Below, in pieces: positions 32,869 through 44,837 of a DNA stretch of 64,000 bases. Source of the DNA: Haliotis rubra (lineage: Eukaryota); contig NW_025767135.1 of assembly GCF_003918875.1 (NCBI RefSeq), positions 806,001-870,000 of the forward strand. Reading direction: 5' to 3'. Positions within the stretch are counted from its first letter, which is position 1, and the number at the start of each line of letters is the position of its first letter. A program made the translations under genes and the position numbers. The notes below the pieces were generated by a model. The model worked only from the letters and a program-made list of their open reading frames with translations. It searched no databases and was not told the origin of the DNA.

Positions 32869-33280
32869 TTCAGCGTTTGTCAGTGCGAGTTTTCCGAGCC
32901 GAGCGTGTGTCGTCTGCGACCGAGTTTCTGTCGTCTGTGACTCGCTTTCACCGCCGCACTGATATTACTCCGCTTGTTCCCGAGGTCTCGATCACCAGCG
33001 TAGTTCGATCCGAATGACTGAAATCACTTTTTCCCAACGGTATGGTGTCTGTTTTGCGGTAGACGTGCAGTGGGCTTGTGGTCAGCTTCTCTCCCAACTG
33101 CCCTTTTAGAGTCTTCTGCTTCAACAGTTTAATCCGTTGTATTTACTGGGAGAATATTCGTCGTGATGTGACTACGGGGGTGCATTACGTAACCGGCTTA
33201 TGCAGTAAACAACTCGTGCTGCGACAGGACTGGTGGTCCATGCTTAGAGCACCGAAGCAGTTAATCACCCCGCGGAGCAA
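32869..33280 (-). promoter_or_regulatory. Calmodulin 5'UTR and TATA-less core promoter
   Basis: CpG-rich, repeat-free block directly upstream of the ATG. Initiator-like TCAGT motifs on the minus strand at ~32958-32962 and TTTCAGTC at ~33016-33023. No clear TATA box. Confidence 0.6.
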
Positions 33281-34919
33281 TAAAGGGTTCATTTAGCTTG
33301 ATTGAAAGTATGGTTCATAAACAAGAAGGCGACTTAATCCTGCTCTGAGATTATGATTCGGGTTAAAACTCAACCAGCAAACAGTCAATAGCGGTAGTTG
33401 GTGATACATTGTAAGTTTAGTGACTTACCCGTATCTAGGAATTAGGATAATCGGAATTACATAGTACAGATCTTTGTTTGTTGTTTAACGACCCACTCCA
33501 GCAATGATCCAGCTATGTGGCGGAGATCTGTAAAAAATTGAGTCTGGACCAGGCAATCCAGTGATCAACATAATGACATGTGTCAACCAAGTCAGATAGC
33601 CTGACCCTAACCTGACCGAACCCGAACCCGTCAGTCGCCTCTTACGACAAGCATGGGTTGCTGGGGATCAAGTTTACACGGGTCCGGGTCTTCACGGGTT
33701 ATTACAGATCGACTACAGTTCCATCGCGGCGTGTCAGTTTATGTTGGGGAAACGAAGTGATGCAGATCTTAGAGTGAGTTTAGTTTTACGCAGCACTCAG
33801 CAATATTCCACTTATACGGCGGTGGTCTGTAAATAATCGAGTCTGGACCAGACAATCCAATGGCATGTGTCAACCAAGTCAGCGAGCCTGACACCCGATC
33901 CCGTTAGTCGCCTCTTACGACAGGCATGGGTTACTGAAGATCAATATTCTAACCCGGACCTTCACGGGTTGCAGGTCTAGAAGTTTAATTACCACCTGGG
34001 TGTAACCCTCGAGCATGGAGATGGAGCTTTCACAACTGGAAACATTATCGAATTGGGATTCGAACCTACTATCACATGCAAGACAGATACATTATTCACA
34101 GCAAGGTGGAGCATGATCACGATGCCAGTCACTGGGTTGTCTGGTCCAGACTTGATTATTTACAGACCGCCGCCATATAGCTGGAATATTGTAGAGTGCG
34201 GGGTTCAACAACAAACAAACAAACGTGATAACTGTTGTTTACTCTATATTCATGACGGTAGCCAGTATACCTTAAACGTATTGCACGTAGAAGTGTTCAA
34301 AGTTGAAATAACTTTAATCTGTAATGAGTCGGGTCTAACAACGCTTTTAGCAATATTCCAGCTACTGGGCAGTACACAATGGCCCCAGATGGGGAATCGA
34401 ACAAGAGCCTTCGGCGAGACGAGCAAACACTTTTACTACATTTTAATTAAGGCCGGCCTTGCGTGCGTCTGTGTATGTGCGGGCGGTGGTTAAATCGTTC
34501 GCTCGTCACGCCGAAGACCCGGGTTCGATTCCCTACATGAGTACAATGTGTGAAGCCAATTTCTGGAGTCCCCCGCCGAGATATTGCTGGAATATTGCTA
34601 AAAGCGGCGTAAAACTTAACTCACTCACTGTGTATGTGCGTATGTATGTATAACCCCTTTGGAAGAACGCATTTGCAGTAACAGCAATGAAGTTGAGGAC
34701 GCTGTAGTTCTTATTCGGACATGGGATATGACTTACGGAACGCTGTCACGGCAGTATACCCTTCCTTTACCCAGTACACCCCTGTTGACCAGGTCACTCT
34801 CATTAGGCAAGATAGCCAGTTTAGTAAAAAAGTAGTATTCCACGTATGTTTAGACGACGTCAATTTACAAATTAAACTACCTCTTCACCATTTAACCTCG
34901 CCTTGTTGTCTCATTTTGA

Positions 34920-35211
34920 CCCGACCGCGTCATGCCAAAAGACGTTAAAATATGGTACTTGTTGGTCCCTGCCTGGCGCTCGGCATTAATGGGTACAACA
35001 AGGACTGGTCGGCTCGGAGTCAGTATAATGTGTCTGAGTGGGGTATTCATGCTTCACTGCGGCATGGTATCTCAGTGGGCTATCACTATAGAGCCAGCTT
35101 CAGTCTGGGCTAGTACAAGCAGCCGCACATACACATACACACGCATGCACGTCGTCATATGAGCGAAATATTCTCAAGTACGACGTTAAACCCAATTTCA
35201 CCTCACCTCAC
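34920..35211 (+). mobile_element. SINE family C, 5'-truncated, 10-bp TSD
   Basis: TSD ctcattttga at 34910-34919 and 35212-35221. Confidence 0.85.
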
Positions 35212-35595
35212 CTCATTTTGAAATCTGTGGTTTAATTTCACATTCGAAGTCACATTACTAATAATAGCTGTTATCAATTTATTATTTAATTTTAACTTTC
35301 GTCTCTAAATGTAATATAATGTCTCACAGGCCGTATTGGCCGGATGTTGTACTAAATTTTATGTTTATATTTTATGATGCCTTTTATGATATACAACATG
35401 TGACACTTTAATAAACAATTTTCTTCTTCTCTAACGGATTAAAAGCATGACTTAATTATAACGTGTGCTGTCTTGTAGGGGATTTACGGCATCCATAACA
35501 CGTTACTACATTATGCTGTATGTAAATAAACCGTTGTTATGGACATGTCTTGGTAAGTAGAAACGTCAACAAGAAGCTTCTCACTTGAACTTCCC

Positions 35596-35922
35596 TCCAC
35601 GTCTACTCAAGAACCTGCACTCAGAGACAGGAGTTACACCATGTGTCTGAACACGAAGAGCGTGGAGTACAGCTATACGTTGTCCTACACGTCTACTCAC
35701 GAACCTGCACCAGACACAGGAGTTACGCCATGTGTCTGAACACGAAGAGCGTGGAGTACAGCTATACGTTGCCCTACACGTCTACTCACGAACCTGCACC
35801 AGACACAGGAGTTACACCATGTGTCTGAACACGAAGAGCGTGGAGTACAACACGAAGCGTATACGTTGCCCTACACGTACAGGGGCCACGGTGGAAACCT
35901 ACACGTCTACTCACGAACCTGC
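35596..35922. repeat. 89-bp tandem repeat, ~3.5 copies
   Basis: Unit ctacacgtctactcacgaacctgcaccagacacaggagttac...; identical ORF starts 89 bp apart. Confidence 0.9.
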
Positions 35923-36569
35923 GCTTACTATTTCTCTGGGTTAAAATTTGTGGGCGGCTTATTAAATAACTGGGCACTTGGTACAATGTATATCAGCACG
36001 TATGGGGATACTTATGAGCACATAATGGAAATCTATATACGCCAGTATCGGAATATTAAGACACATGATTTACTGCATACAAGTCCATAGGGTGATTCCA
36101 GGACTCATGATCTCAAGTATTGAGATAACAGAACTCATGATCTCCTGTATTGGTAAAGCGAGACTCGTGATCAAAATTATACACACTCGTTTTTTTCAGA
36201 TTCACGGTCAGAATTATACACGCCGTATGGGGAAAGCGAGACCAATGGTCTAAATTACACACGCCGTGTGCGAATAGTCATGATCAGACTCACGATCAAA
36301 TGTATACTGGGATAAAAAGACTCGTGATGGAATATATTCATACCCACATAGGCACACGTGCAAATATAGACTGTGGTACAAAGAGAGTACCCCCTTGCAT
36401 GATTTAAAAGTGTATTATATTTTAACAAGTCTGAGAGAGTGATATATATATATACGAAATGACCCCATGAAAATCCACTAGCCAGTCAGGCCAGTGACTG
36501 GAGATTTATTGGCCCGACTGGACATTTACTAGCCACGGGCTAGTAGACCAATGGCTATTTCGCTAGAAG

Positions 36570-36705
36570 TCGGATATCTCAATCCCATAGACCATGTTTC
36601 GGACATTATGGGTCGCAGAACACGTAAGAGAAAGCATCCTGAAATTATTTTTTTTGTATTGGAAGAAGCACTTCACCAAGAATGGAACGCAATACGTCAA
36701 CGTGG
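36570..36705 (+). pseudogene. Tc1 transposase C-terminal remnant
   Basis: LNPIDHVSDIMGRR...LEEALHQEWNAI resembles the LNPIEHxWD...L..EW..I motif. Confidence 0.6.
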
Positions 36706-37725
36706 TATTGCTGGAATATTACTTAAAGCGGCGTAAACCCAACTCACTCACTCACATTTCGGTCCTTCTTCAAAGACCCAGTGTTCTACTTGATGACAGC
36801 TGTAAACGCTCAACAGAGAATAGTTGCTTGGTAACAGCTGAAGTGCGTTGCTTAGTTGTATTTTTGGCTCAAATGCAGTCTGTACTGTTCTTCACACATC
36901 CAAGCTGTTAGGGTGCGCCATACATGCTCGGCAGGCTAAAATAGGTTTCAGTAAAGCCTCCAAAAATACATATCCTGTCTGAAAGCGCACATAAAAGCCC
37001 CCAAATCGTCTCATTAGCCTCCAGTTATGTTTCTAAGGTGAATGGGGGAGTTTAGGTTTACGCCGCTTTTAGCAATATTCCACCAATATCACGGCGGGAG
37101 ACACCAGATATGGCTTTCACACATTGCACCCATGTGGGGAATCGAACCCGGGTCTTCGGCGTGACGAGCGAACGCTTTAACCACTAGGCTACACCACCGA
37201 ACCAATATATGTTCCTAAGGTGATGTGTATCATCCGTCACACGAGAGGACTAAAGGTCACTGACACATTTAACTCTTAATGGTTTTAAATTAATATTGGC
37301 AGCAATCCTTTCTGGCTAAGTTAAAATGATTCATAAGAAAACATGACATAGAGTTATTTCCCTTTGCAAACACAGTGCCGCTCACGAACTTGCTTTGTGT
37401 TTCAAATAAGCTTGTACAACTTTTTATGCCTATGGGTCTAATCATACTTCTTGGCTGTATCAAATAACACTAACAGAGTTTTAAAACTTCATTCTTCATA
37501 ATGGAAGGACATGAAAAACATTTCACTAACGATATGGACGCTAAGAAAAAATATTTGCATAAATCTAAATATCAACATCAATATACTTGCTCATAAGTCT
37601 GCCACAAAGTTTTGTTTTGTTATTATGGAATAGAGGAAAACGAAATTTAGCCACCAGTACTATAGAATAACAAAACATAACAGCATAATTACCGTGTATC
37701 CGTAATCGTGTCCGTTATAGATCAG

Positions 37726-38013
37726 GAGTCTCCTGAAAGAGTCCCCTGAAAGAGTCTCCGGAAAAGGTCCCCTGAAAGAGTTTCCTGAAAGAGTCTCCTG
37801 GAAAAGTCCCCTGAAAGAGATTCCTGAAAGAGTCTCCTGAAAGAGTCCCCTGAAAGAGTCTCTGGAAAAGGTCCCCTGAAAGAAATTCCTGAAAGGGTCT
37901 CCTGAAAGAGTCTCCTGAAAGAGTCTCCTGAAAGAGTCCCTGAAAGAAATTCCTGAAAGGGTCTCCTGAAAGAGTCTCCTGAAAGAGTCTCCTGAAAGAG
38001 TCTCCTGAAAGAG
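37726..38013. repeat. 13-bp minisatellite (cctgaaagagtct)n
   Basis: Direct periodicity. Confidence 0.95.
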
Positions 38014-38850
38014 CACCAAATGTCCGTGCAATGATTCGTGAGTATACGTTGCACTGTGTCTATTTTAGAATTATTATTTGATCTATTTACAACTGACTTT
38101 TTAAAACTCCGAAGGTTACAGAGAAACAGCATCGAAGTGTTGGCAGCGTTTAGGAAATTGGGTCATATCTCACAGTGGATAAAGGGAAATTTCAATCACA
38201 TTGTAACTCTTGGAACTATGTAAATCAAGACGCCCACCTTGGGCGCCAGGTCACCGTGCAACGTATTTAATTCCAATGAATGAATGAATGAATGAGCGAG
38301 CGACCAAACGAACGAACGATCGGACGGACGGGTGAATGGAAGGATGGATGGATGAATGGATGGATGTGAAGAGTAAACACTGGCTAATGTACATTATATC
38401 GTTACGGAAAATATGATACCGAAAAAAGCATTTTGTACCTACATGTTTGTAAATATAGGCTTTAATTTCCAGATGAAGCATAGATTGCAGGTTGTGGCCA
38501 CATTGACAACCAACACGATCACGTCATTTTTGTTATCTTGTACACGATATGAGTGATGCCGTCTCGACGAGTCTCGTTGTCTGGCATGCCTCGAGTTTTT
38601 CACGCATTTTGGTTGTCTTGAGTAAAAAGTGGACAAAGTATAGATGCTGGTGTTTCACATCATCTTTCTGGTCTTTATTCGACACAAACAAAGACCATGT
38701 GTGTCAAGAAGGATTCCAAATTCAATTAACGCACATAGATTCCCTTGCATATACACCATTCAGTAGACATTCGAAACCTTGAAAATAATGCGAGGGTAAC
38801 ATTAATGCGTAAAAGCGATTGATGTTTACTCGCATTAACGTAACGATGTA

Positions 38851-38976
38851 TACTCAAGCCAATAATGGTTGTCACCCTCCCCACCCCAGCCCCCACACAC
38901 TCACACACCCCCATCCCACACACCCTCTCCAATTAGAAAAAAATGAAGGGGGCGACAACCATTATTGGCATGAGTA
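38851..38976. mobile_element. TA-flanked MITE (tactca.gccaataatggttgtc TIR)
   Basis: ~28-bp TIRs. A second copy lies in the opposite orientation at 55863-55990. Confidence 0.82.
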
Positions 38977-39262
38977 TATTTACCTCTCACCATCTACTGT
39001 TAATATGTGTGGCAGCGGGGAACACCAGAAATGGGTTTCACACATTTTACCCATGTGGGGAATCGAACCCGGGTCTTCGGCGTGACGAGCCAACGCTCTA
39101 ACCACTAGGCTACCCCACCAATCCATTAATGTCTCTATATATCCCCTTTCACGAAGCGGATTAGAATACGGATAAGACAGATGAGTGTTCTTATTGTTAT
39201 CTATCCGTTTGCAGAAAACCTATATAAAAGATGCGATGACACCCCTTCCACAATAGTAATAA

Positions 39263-39490
39263 AAATGAATGAATGAATGAACGAACGAATAAATAAATCA
39301 AAATAAATAAATAAATAAGTAAATAAATACACATCAGTGAAACCTTGCCTCAAATAGTTTTTGGTTTGCAATACTACCCATGTCAGACGGACAAACACAA
39401 ACACAAAAATAATACACAAAACAAACGAATAAATAAATAAACGAATAAATGAATGAATGACCGAACGAACGAACGAACGAACGAACAAAA
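39263..39490. repeat. Compound (GAAT/GAAC/AAAT)n microsatellites; a similar block lies at 38275-38366
   Basis: Direct inspection. Confidence 0.85.
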
Positions 39491-40999
39491 TACATGCTCA
39501 CTGCGGTGCAAATTAAAATGTACTCACTTTAGCTTATTGCTGATGCTTTTCGTTATGAAGACAGCTGCGATGCTGAACATAAACCAGCTGTCATTCTCGC
39601 GGTGTCTTCTATAAATCATTTCCGTGTTCCAGGTGAGCATCTGAAAACATTTAAACAGACATTATCTATTTTATAGTTTTGCAAACATCCCATTGGGAAT
39701 ATAAAACATGCATTAGATCGTATATTTCATTGTTACATCAACAACAGTTGTATGCTCTCAAGCTGTGCAATACAGAGATGTGCTAGATTGATTTAGGGTA
39801 AACAAGCAATATACGTGAAAGGTAGTTTATCGCGGGTGTGGAGGGTTTCTTGAGATATTATGTAACCTAAGTGAAACTTTATATACACTCTGTTACTGTC
39901 AATATTTGGTTACACCAGTTTCCCTTGAAACAGACTGGTAGTGTGAGCATCTATACACTGGGGGCTCCTTTCACGAAGCAAGCTTTACTAAGTTTAACCT
40001 TAACTCCCATTCTTTAACATTGCACTAAGGTTACCTTAGTGACTTACGATCACCTTAGTGCTTTGTGAAAGAAGGCCCTGGTTTATTATACAAGGAATGA
40101 GTGCAAGGCGGTTTCAACATTCTTACTTAAAACGATACAAGAACCATTATCGAAACGTCGTGCTCTTAAATAAAAGAAGTTGTCATCCATATATAAAATG
40201 TACTTGTTCTAGCGGTTATAACAGGCTGACAACGTGACACAGATTGTGTCGAGACAGTTCTGAAATACTCTCAGACAATATGTCCGTTATACGTCTACTG
40301 AAACACATGTTTATAAAGTTGAGGACGTCTGCTTGGTAGGTTTATGACTTATGTACAAGGTATTGATTATTACTGGAGTACAGATAGAGATTCTGAACGT
40401 CATACTTATACATTTGGATCATCAGTATTATACTCAAAGATGTCATGGTAGGAGTGAAACGACTTTGAAGAATCAATGGCGTCTTTGAGCTTATCATGTA
40501 AAGCCCAAATGGAATATTATGACGTTCTATATTATACCATACCCTTTTCACGACACTGGCTATTCTAATCTGCTGTTCTAATCTGATGTTCTAATCTGAC
40601 TGGATACGTTACTATTGAAACTTCCGCTCTGAGGTTACCGTGACCTGTGTATCACTCCGCGCAAGGGACGTATCACACATGTATACGTGAGATTGCATTC
40701 CTCCGCCTGACGTCAAGTTCAGATCACTTAAGAAACAAAACAGAAAACAATTTTCCCGAAACAACTTCCATTTATTGACTCTACTGTTTTAAATATTACA
40801 TTTGGATCACTGACACTGACTCTGAGGGTGTGGGTTCGAATCCCAGATGGGACTCAGCCCAACAAAAGTAATTACTAGAATCTGTACTTTACTAAGAAAG
40901 TGTAACCCAAATATAACATATGTTACATTTGACCACTTTCTAAATGGTATTGTGTATTTCATGTATTGCTTTTTGTAAGATTAAATGGGTATTAAGAAA

Positions 41000-41650
41000 T
41001 AAAGGGTTTATGACTGCTGTAAAAGGTAGGGATTATCAATGGTGTACAGGTTTGATTATGAATGTTGTCCAAGGTATGGCTTATGTCTGTACAAATAGGG
41101 GTTATGGCTTATACACAAGGCAGAGATTACGAATGATTATTGCAAGTGTACAAGTTAAAGGATTATGAATGATGTACAAGTTAGGAATTATGACATATGT
41201 ACAAGTTGAGGATTATGAATGATGTACAAGTTAGGGATTATGGCCTATGTACAAGTTGAGGATTATGAATAATGTACAATGTAGGGATTATGAATGGTTT
41301 ACAAGGTAGAGATTACGACTAACTCTTAGTGCACAAGTTAGGGGTTATGAATGATGTACAATGTAGGGATTATCAATGATGTACAAGTTAGGGATTATGA
41401 ATGATGTACAAGTTAGGGATTATGAATGATGTACAAGTTAAGGGTTATGGATGTTGTACAAGGTCGGGGTAACGATTGACGCACAATTTATGGATTACTG
41501 CTAGTGTTCAAGGTAGGGATTCTGAATGATGTACAAATTAAGGATTCTGAATGATGATGTACACAGAAGGTTAATGTATGGTCAAGGTAGCGGTGATGGC
41601 TGATTACAGGGTAGGGATTATAGCTGGTGTACAAGGAGCGGTTATGGTTG
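41000..41650. repeat. 25-bp degenerate minisatellite (gattatgaatgatgtacaagttagg)n
   Basis: Direct periodicity, most homogeneous at 41160-41450. Confidence 0.9.
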
Positions 41651-41721
41651 TTTTAAAGGCAGAGATGATTGGTGTCCTCCCTTGAACAGATAGCCGACTT
41701 AATTAACCAGCTGAAACAATG

Positions 41722-41959
41722 TTTTATAGTGCTAGCCCACTGAGATACCATGCCGCAGTGAAGCAGGAATACCCCACTCAGACACATTGTACTGGCTCCG
41801 AGCCGACCAGTCTTTGTTGTACCCATTAATGCCGAGCGCCAGACAGGGAACAACAAGTACCATATTTTAACGTCTTTTGGTATGACGCGGTCGGGGATGA
41901 AACCCGCGACCTTCCGCTCTCCGGGCGGACGCTCTAACCACAACACCACGGAGGCGGTC
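41722..41959 (-). mobile_element. SINE family C, 3'-truncated
   Basis: Near-identical to the head and core of 26404-26760. Confidence 0.85.
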
Positions 41960-42596
41960 TTCTCCGTTTTGAACAGAATTTCAGTTGTTGTGGATTTCCG
42001 AAGTGACGACCCGTCTCAGATGTTTATCATGGTAAGACCCTCGAGCAAGGATATGATCCTGACGTTATACCTATTCTCAGGGCGAATCTAGAACTCGAAC
42101 ACAAGATCATAGGTTCCTGGCGTGCCCAAGGGACGCAACTCTGCACTCGGAGAAAATGAATCCCTTCAATATATAATCTGTATCTAAAGGTAAAATGTAG
42201 TTAATAAAAATTTCCCAAAAGCAAATAACCGGTACTTTTAACGTGTCTTGGAACTAAGCAATCACACTAGCTACTATAGTAGAACCTGTAGTTTACTAAG
42301 AAAACGTAATCCGAAATGTACCATATGTTTACCGCTTCAGCTTAGGTTGAAATTCTAATGAGATGAGGACTGTACCATCGCCGACACAATAGAATGCACT
42401 TCACTGAACCGCTATAATAGCATATCGACATGGCTGGGATCAATATTATCACACACCGACTGAGATTACTTAAGAAACAACATACATCTCTACTCTGTTG
42501 TGTCATATGAATTATCAATAACCTGCATTTTATCGATTCATTTTAACTGTTACAAGACAGTTACTTACGCTGTCATTGTCGTTTCATTTTTAAGGA

Positions 42597-42837
42597 CCCG
42601 TGAAGGTCCGGGTTAGAATATTGATCTTCAGTAACCCATGCTTGTCGTAAGAGGCGACTAACGGGATCGGGTTGCCAGGCTCGCTGACCTGATTGACACG
42701 CCATCGGTTCCCAGTTGCACAGATCGATGCTCATGCTGTTGATCACTGGATTGTCTGGTCCAGACTCGATCATTTACAGACCGCCGCCATATAACTGGAA
42801 TATTGCTGAGTGCGGCGTAAAACTAAGCTCACTCACT
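42597..42837 (+). mobile_element. Retroposon family B copy
   Basis: Near-consensus, full length. Confidence 0.88.
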
Positions 42838-42910
42838 TTTTATTTTTAAAACTTTTCAAGGGCTTAGTAAAAATACCAACTTGAAAAGAGGGGAAGCTGT
42901 CATTTTGAAT

Positions 42911-42990
42911 CTAAAATGTTGTTGGGAAATCTGTTGTTCCGTTACCTATGAAGTGATAAGAAATTGACTATTTAGGCATTGCTAAAGAAT
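42911..42990 (-). pseudogene. Orphan copy of the calmodulin intron-3 end and exon-4 start (GNGTTDFP, then unrelated sequence and a stop)
   Basis: tgggaaatctgttgttccgttacctatgaagtgataagaaattgactatttaggcattgctaaagaattgtgagtgag aligns with 16570-16645. The acceptor AG is kept at 42946-42947. Confidence 0.85.
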
Positions 42991-42991
42991 T

Positions 42992-43158
42992 GTGAGTGAG
43001 TGAGTTTGGTTTTTACGCTGCTTTTAGCAATATTCCAGCAATATCTCGGCGGGGGACACCAGAAATGGGCTTCACACGTTGTCCCCATGAGGGGAATCGA
43101 ACCCGGCCCTTCGGCGTGACGAGCGAACGCTTTAACCATTAGTCTACCCCACCGCCCC
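42992..43158 (-). mobile_element. SINE family A copy attached to the orphan CaM fragment
   Basis: Full-length. Shares the variants tacgctgctt and agtctac with the intron-3 copy at 16639-16814. Confidence 0.88.
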
Positions 43159-43814
43159 TAACAGGCGACTATCGAGATCGGATGGTCTGTCTTGCTATCC
43201 TGATGCATGCCATCGTGTCCCAGTGGCGTAGATCAGTAGCTCCTAACTAAGGACAAGATACCATACATCGTGACATCAGTAGAAGTTAGAAGCACGGTTC
43301 CCCATGCCCTCACAAAAATACGAAAACGGCCAAAATTCGAAATATCGGAAAAGACAATACAAATCTAAAACTGTAAAACCATACAAACAGAAACAAATAA
43401 AAACCCAAGCCATTTAGCTAAAACTATTGAGAACAAAACGAAGGACACTATTTGCTAATACACTCGAAACTGTCATTGACAGAGATACATATTCAATGCC
43501 CGTTTACAAAACTGAATCACTTCTGTTTTGTAGTTACTGAACTAAACTTCGTTATTTCAAATTGTCTCTCATGAATGTGTAAAGCCGGTTGAGTAATTAA
43601 AGCTGACATAAAATAGCCAAATGCGAAATGAATACGATACGTTCTGTGGGTAACAACTTCTTTTAATTCTGCAATCGACATTTCAGAGCTAATTAATATT
43701 CTTGCTCCTTCTCTGAAACTTCGTATAAATAATAAAAAGAGTTGTTACCCATAAAACGTATCATGTATTCATGTTTGTCCAAGTTCTAAATGCATTTCAA
43801 GAATTTCAAATGCG

Positions 43815-44805
43815 AAACATTACGTCTTCATCCAAATCAACAACTCTTCACCCCACGGTTATCACTCCTAGCACGTTTTGTACATCATGGTTTCCTTTAA
43901 TTAAAAAAAAGCCTGCCTAGAAAATTTAACTTTACTTGTGCAGCCTTCCCACTTTAATAATGAGCACGGTGCACTGTTTGCACCCTGCAGAAAAAACCCC
44001 AATTTCAGAACTGCGTCACTCTTGTGTACAAAACTCTTGTTTTCCGGTTCGGCTATAGGGTCTTTAAAAAGACAGCCCCTGAATTATTTAAAATAACTTT
44101 GAAATCATGTTAATAATAGAAAAGATCATGAATTAATTAATTTGAAATGATATTTGTATATATAAAACTTAAATATTAATGTTACTACAAACGACCATAT
44201 GTCTAGACTCTCACACATCATATATTTATTACTCACGGTCTGTAAATACTCCAACCTGGACCAAAACAATCCAGTGATCAACTGTATGAGCATCGATATA
44301 GCAGCTGAGGTTAAAGAACACCCGGTTGTTTCATATATACAGTCAAAGAAACGAACACATGAAAGTACAAGTGTTCCTTTATTTATTTCCAGAATTTCAC
44401 TCACACTGCAATACATACCTTGTAAAGAAACCTGGAAATGAAAACAGGAACACTTGTACTTTCATGTGTTCCCTCATTCGCTTCCATGAGTATACATGTA
44501 TATGGTTAATCTGTAATTTATAGTAAGTTGAAATATTGATCAAATCGGTACCCTCCAATCTCGTCCATTAAGTCAAGTAAGCATTAATTTTACAATTTCC
44601 AGGTATGTAATAAAACTCATACAGTGATGTAGAAACATGCTGTAATATTTATAATGTACGAAAACGTAATTCTGAAATTCATGTAATGGATAATGTATTA
44701 TCATATACATGATATTTTTACGTTGAGTGAGTGACAATTAATTTGAGAGGAAAATCCAAAGTAACACAGGTCCCAGATATTGCTGACAGGTGAAGAAACA
44801 GGTGA
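43815..44805 (-). repeat. Diverged inverted copy of part of the 1.53-kb array unit
   Basis: aatcaacaactcttca...ttttgtacatcatggtttcctttaatt and gaggaaaatccaaagt..caggtcccaga..ttgctgacaggtgaagaaaca are reverse complements of unit segments. Confidence 0.8.
44337..44493. mobile_element. MITE related to 10405-10564
   Basis: Internal inverted repeat gaacacatgaaagtacaagtgttcct / aggaacacttgtactttcatgtgttc; ends ttccatgagtata. Confidence 0.7.
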
Positions 44806-44837
44806 GTTATATAGGTTTCAACAAATGTTTTAACAAA

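Noticed and set aside
37660-38132. 123- and 136-aa ORFs (FQETLSGDSFRR repeats)
   Set aside because: Translations of the 13-bp minisatellite
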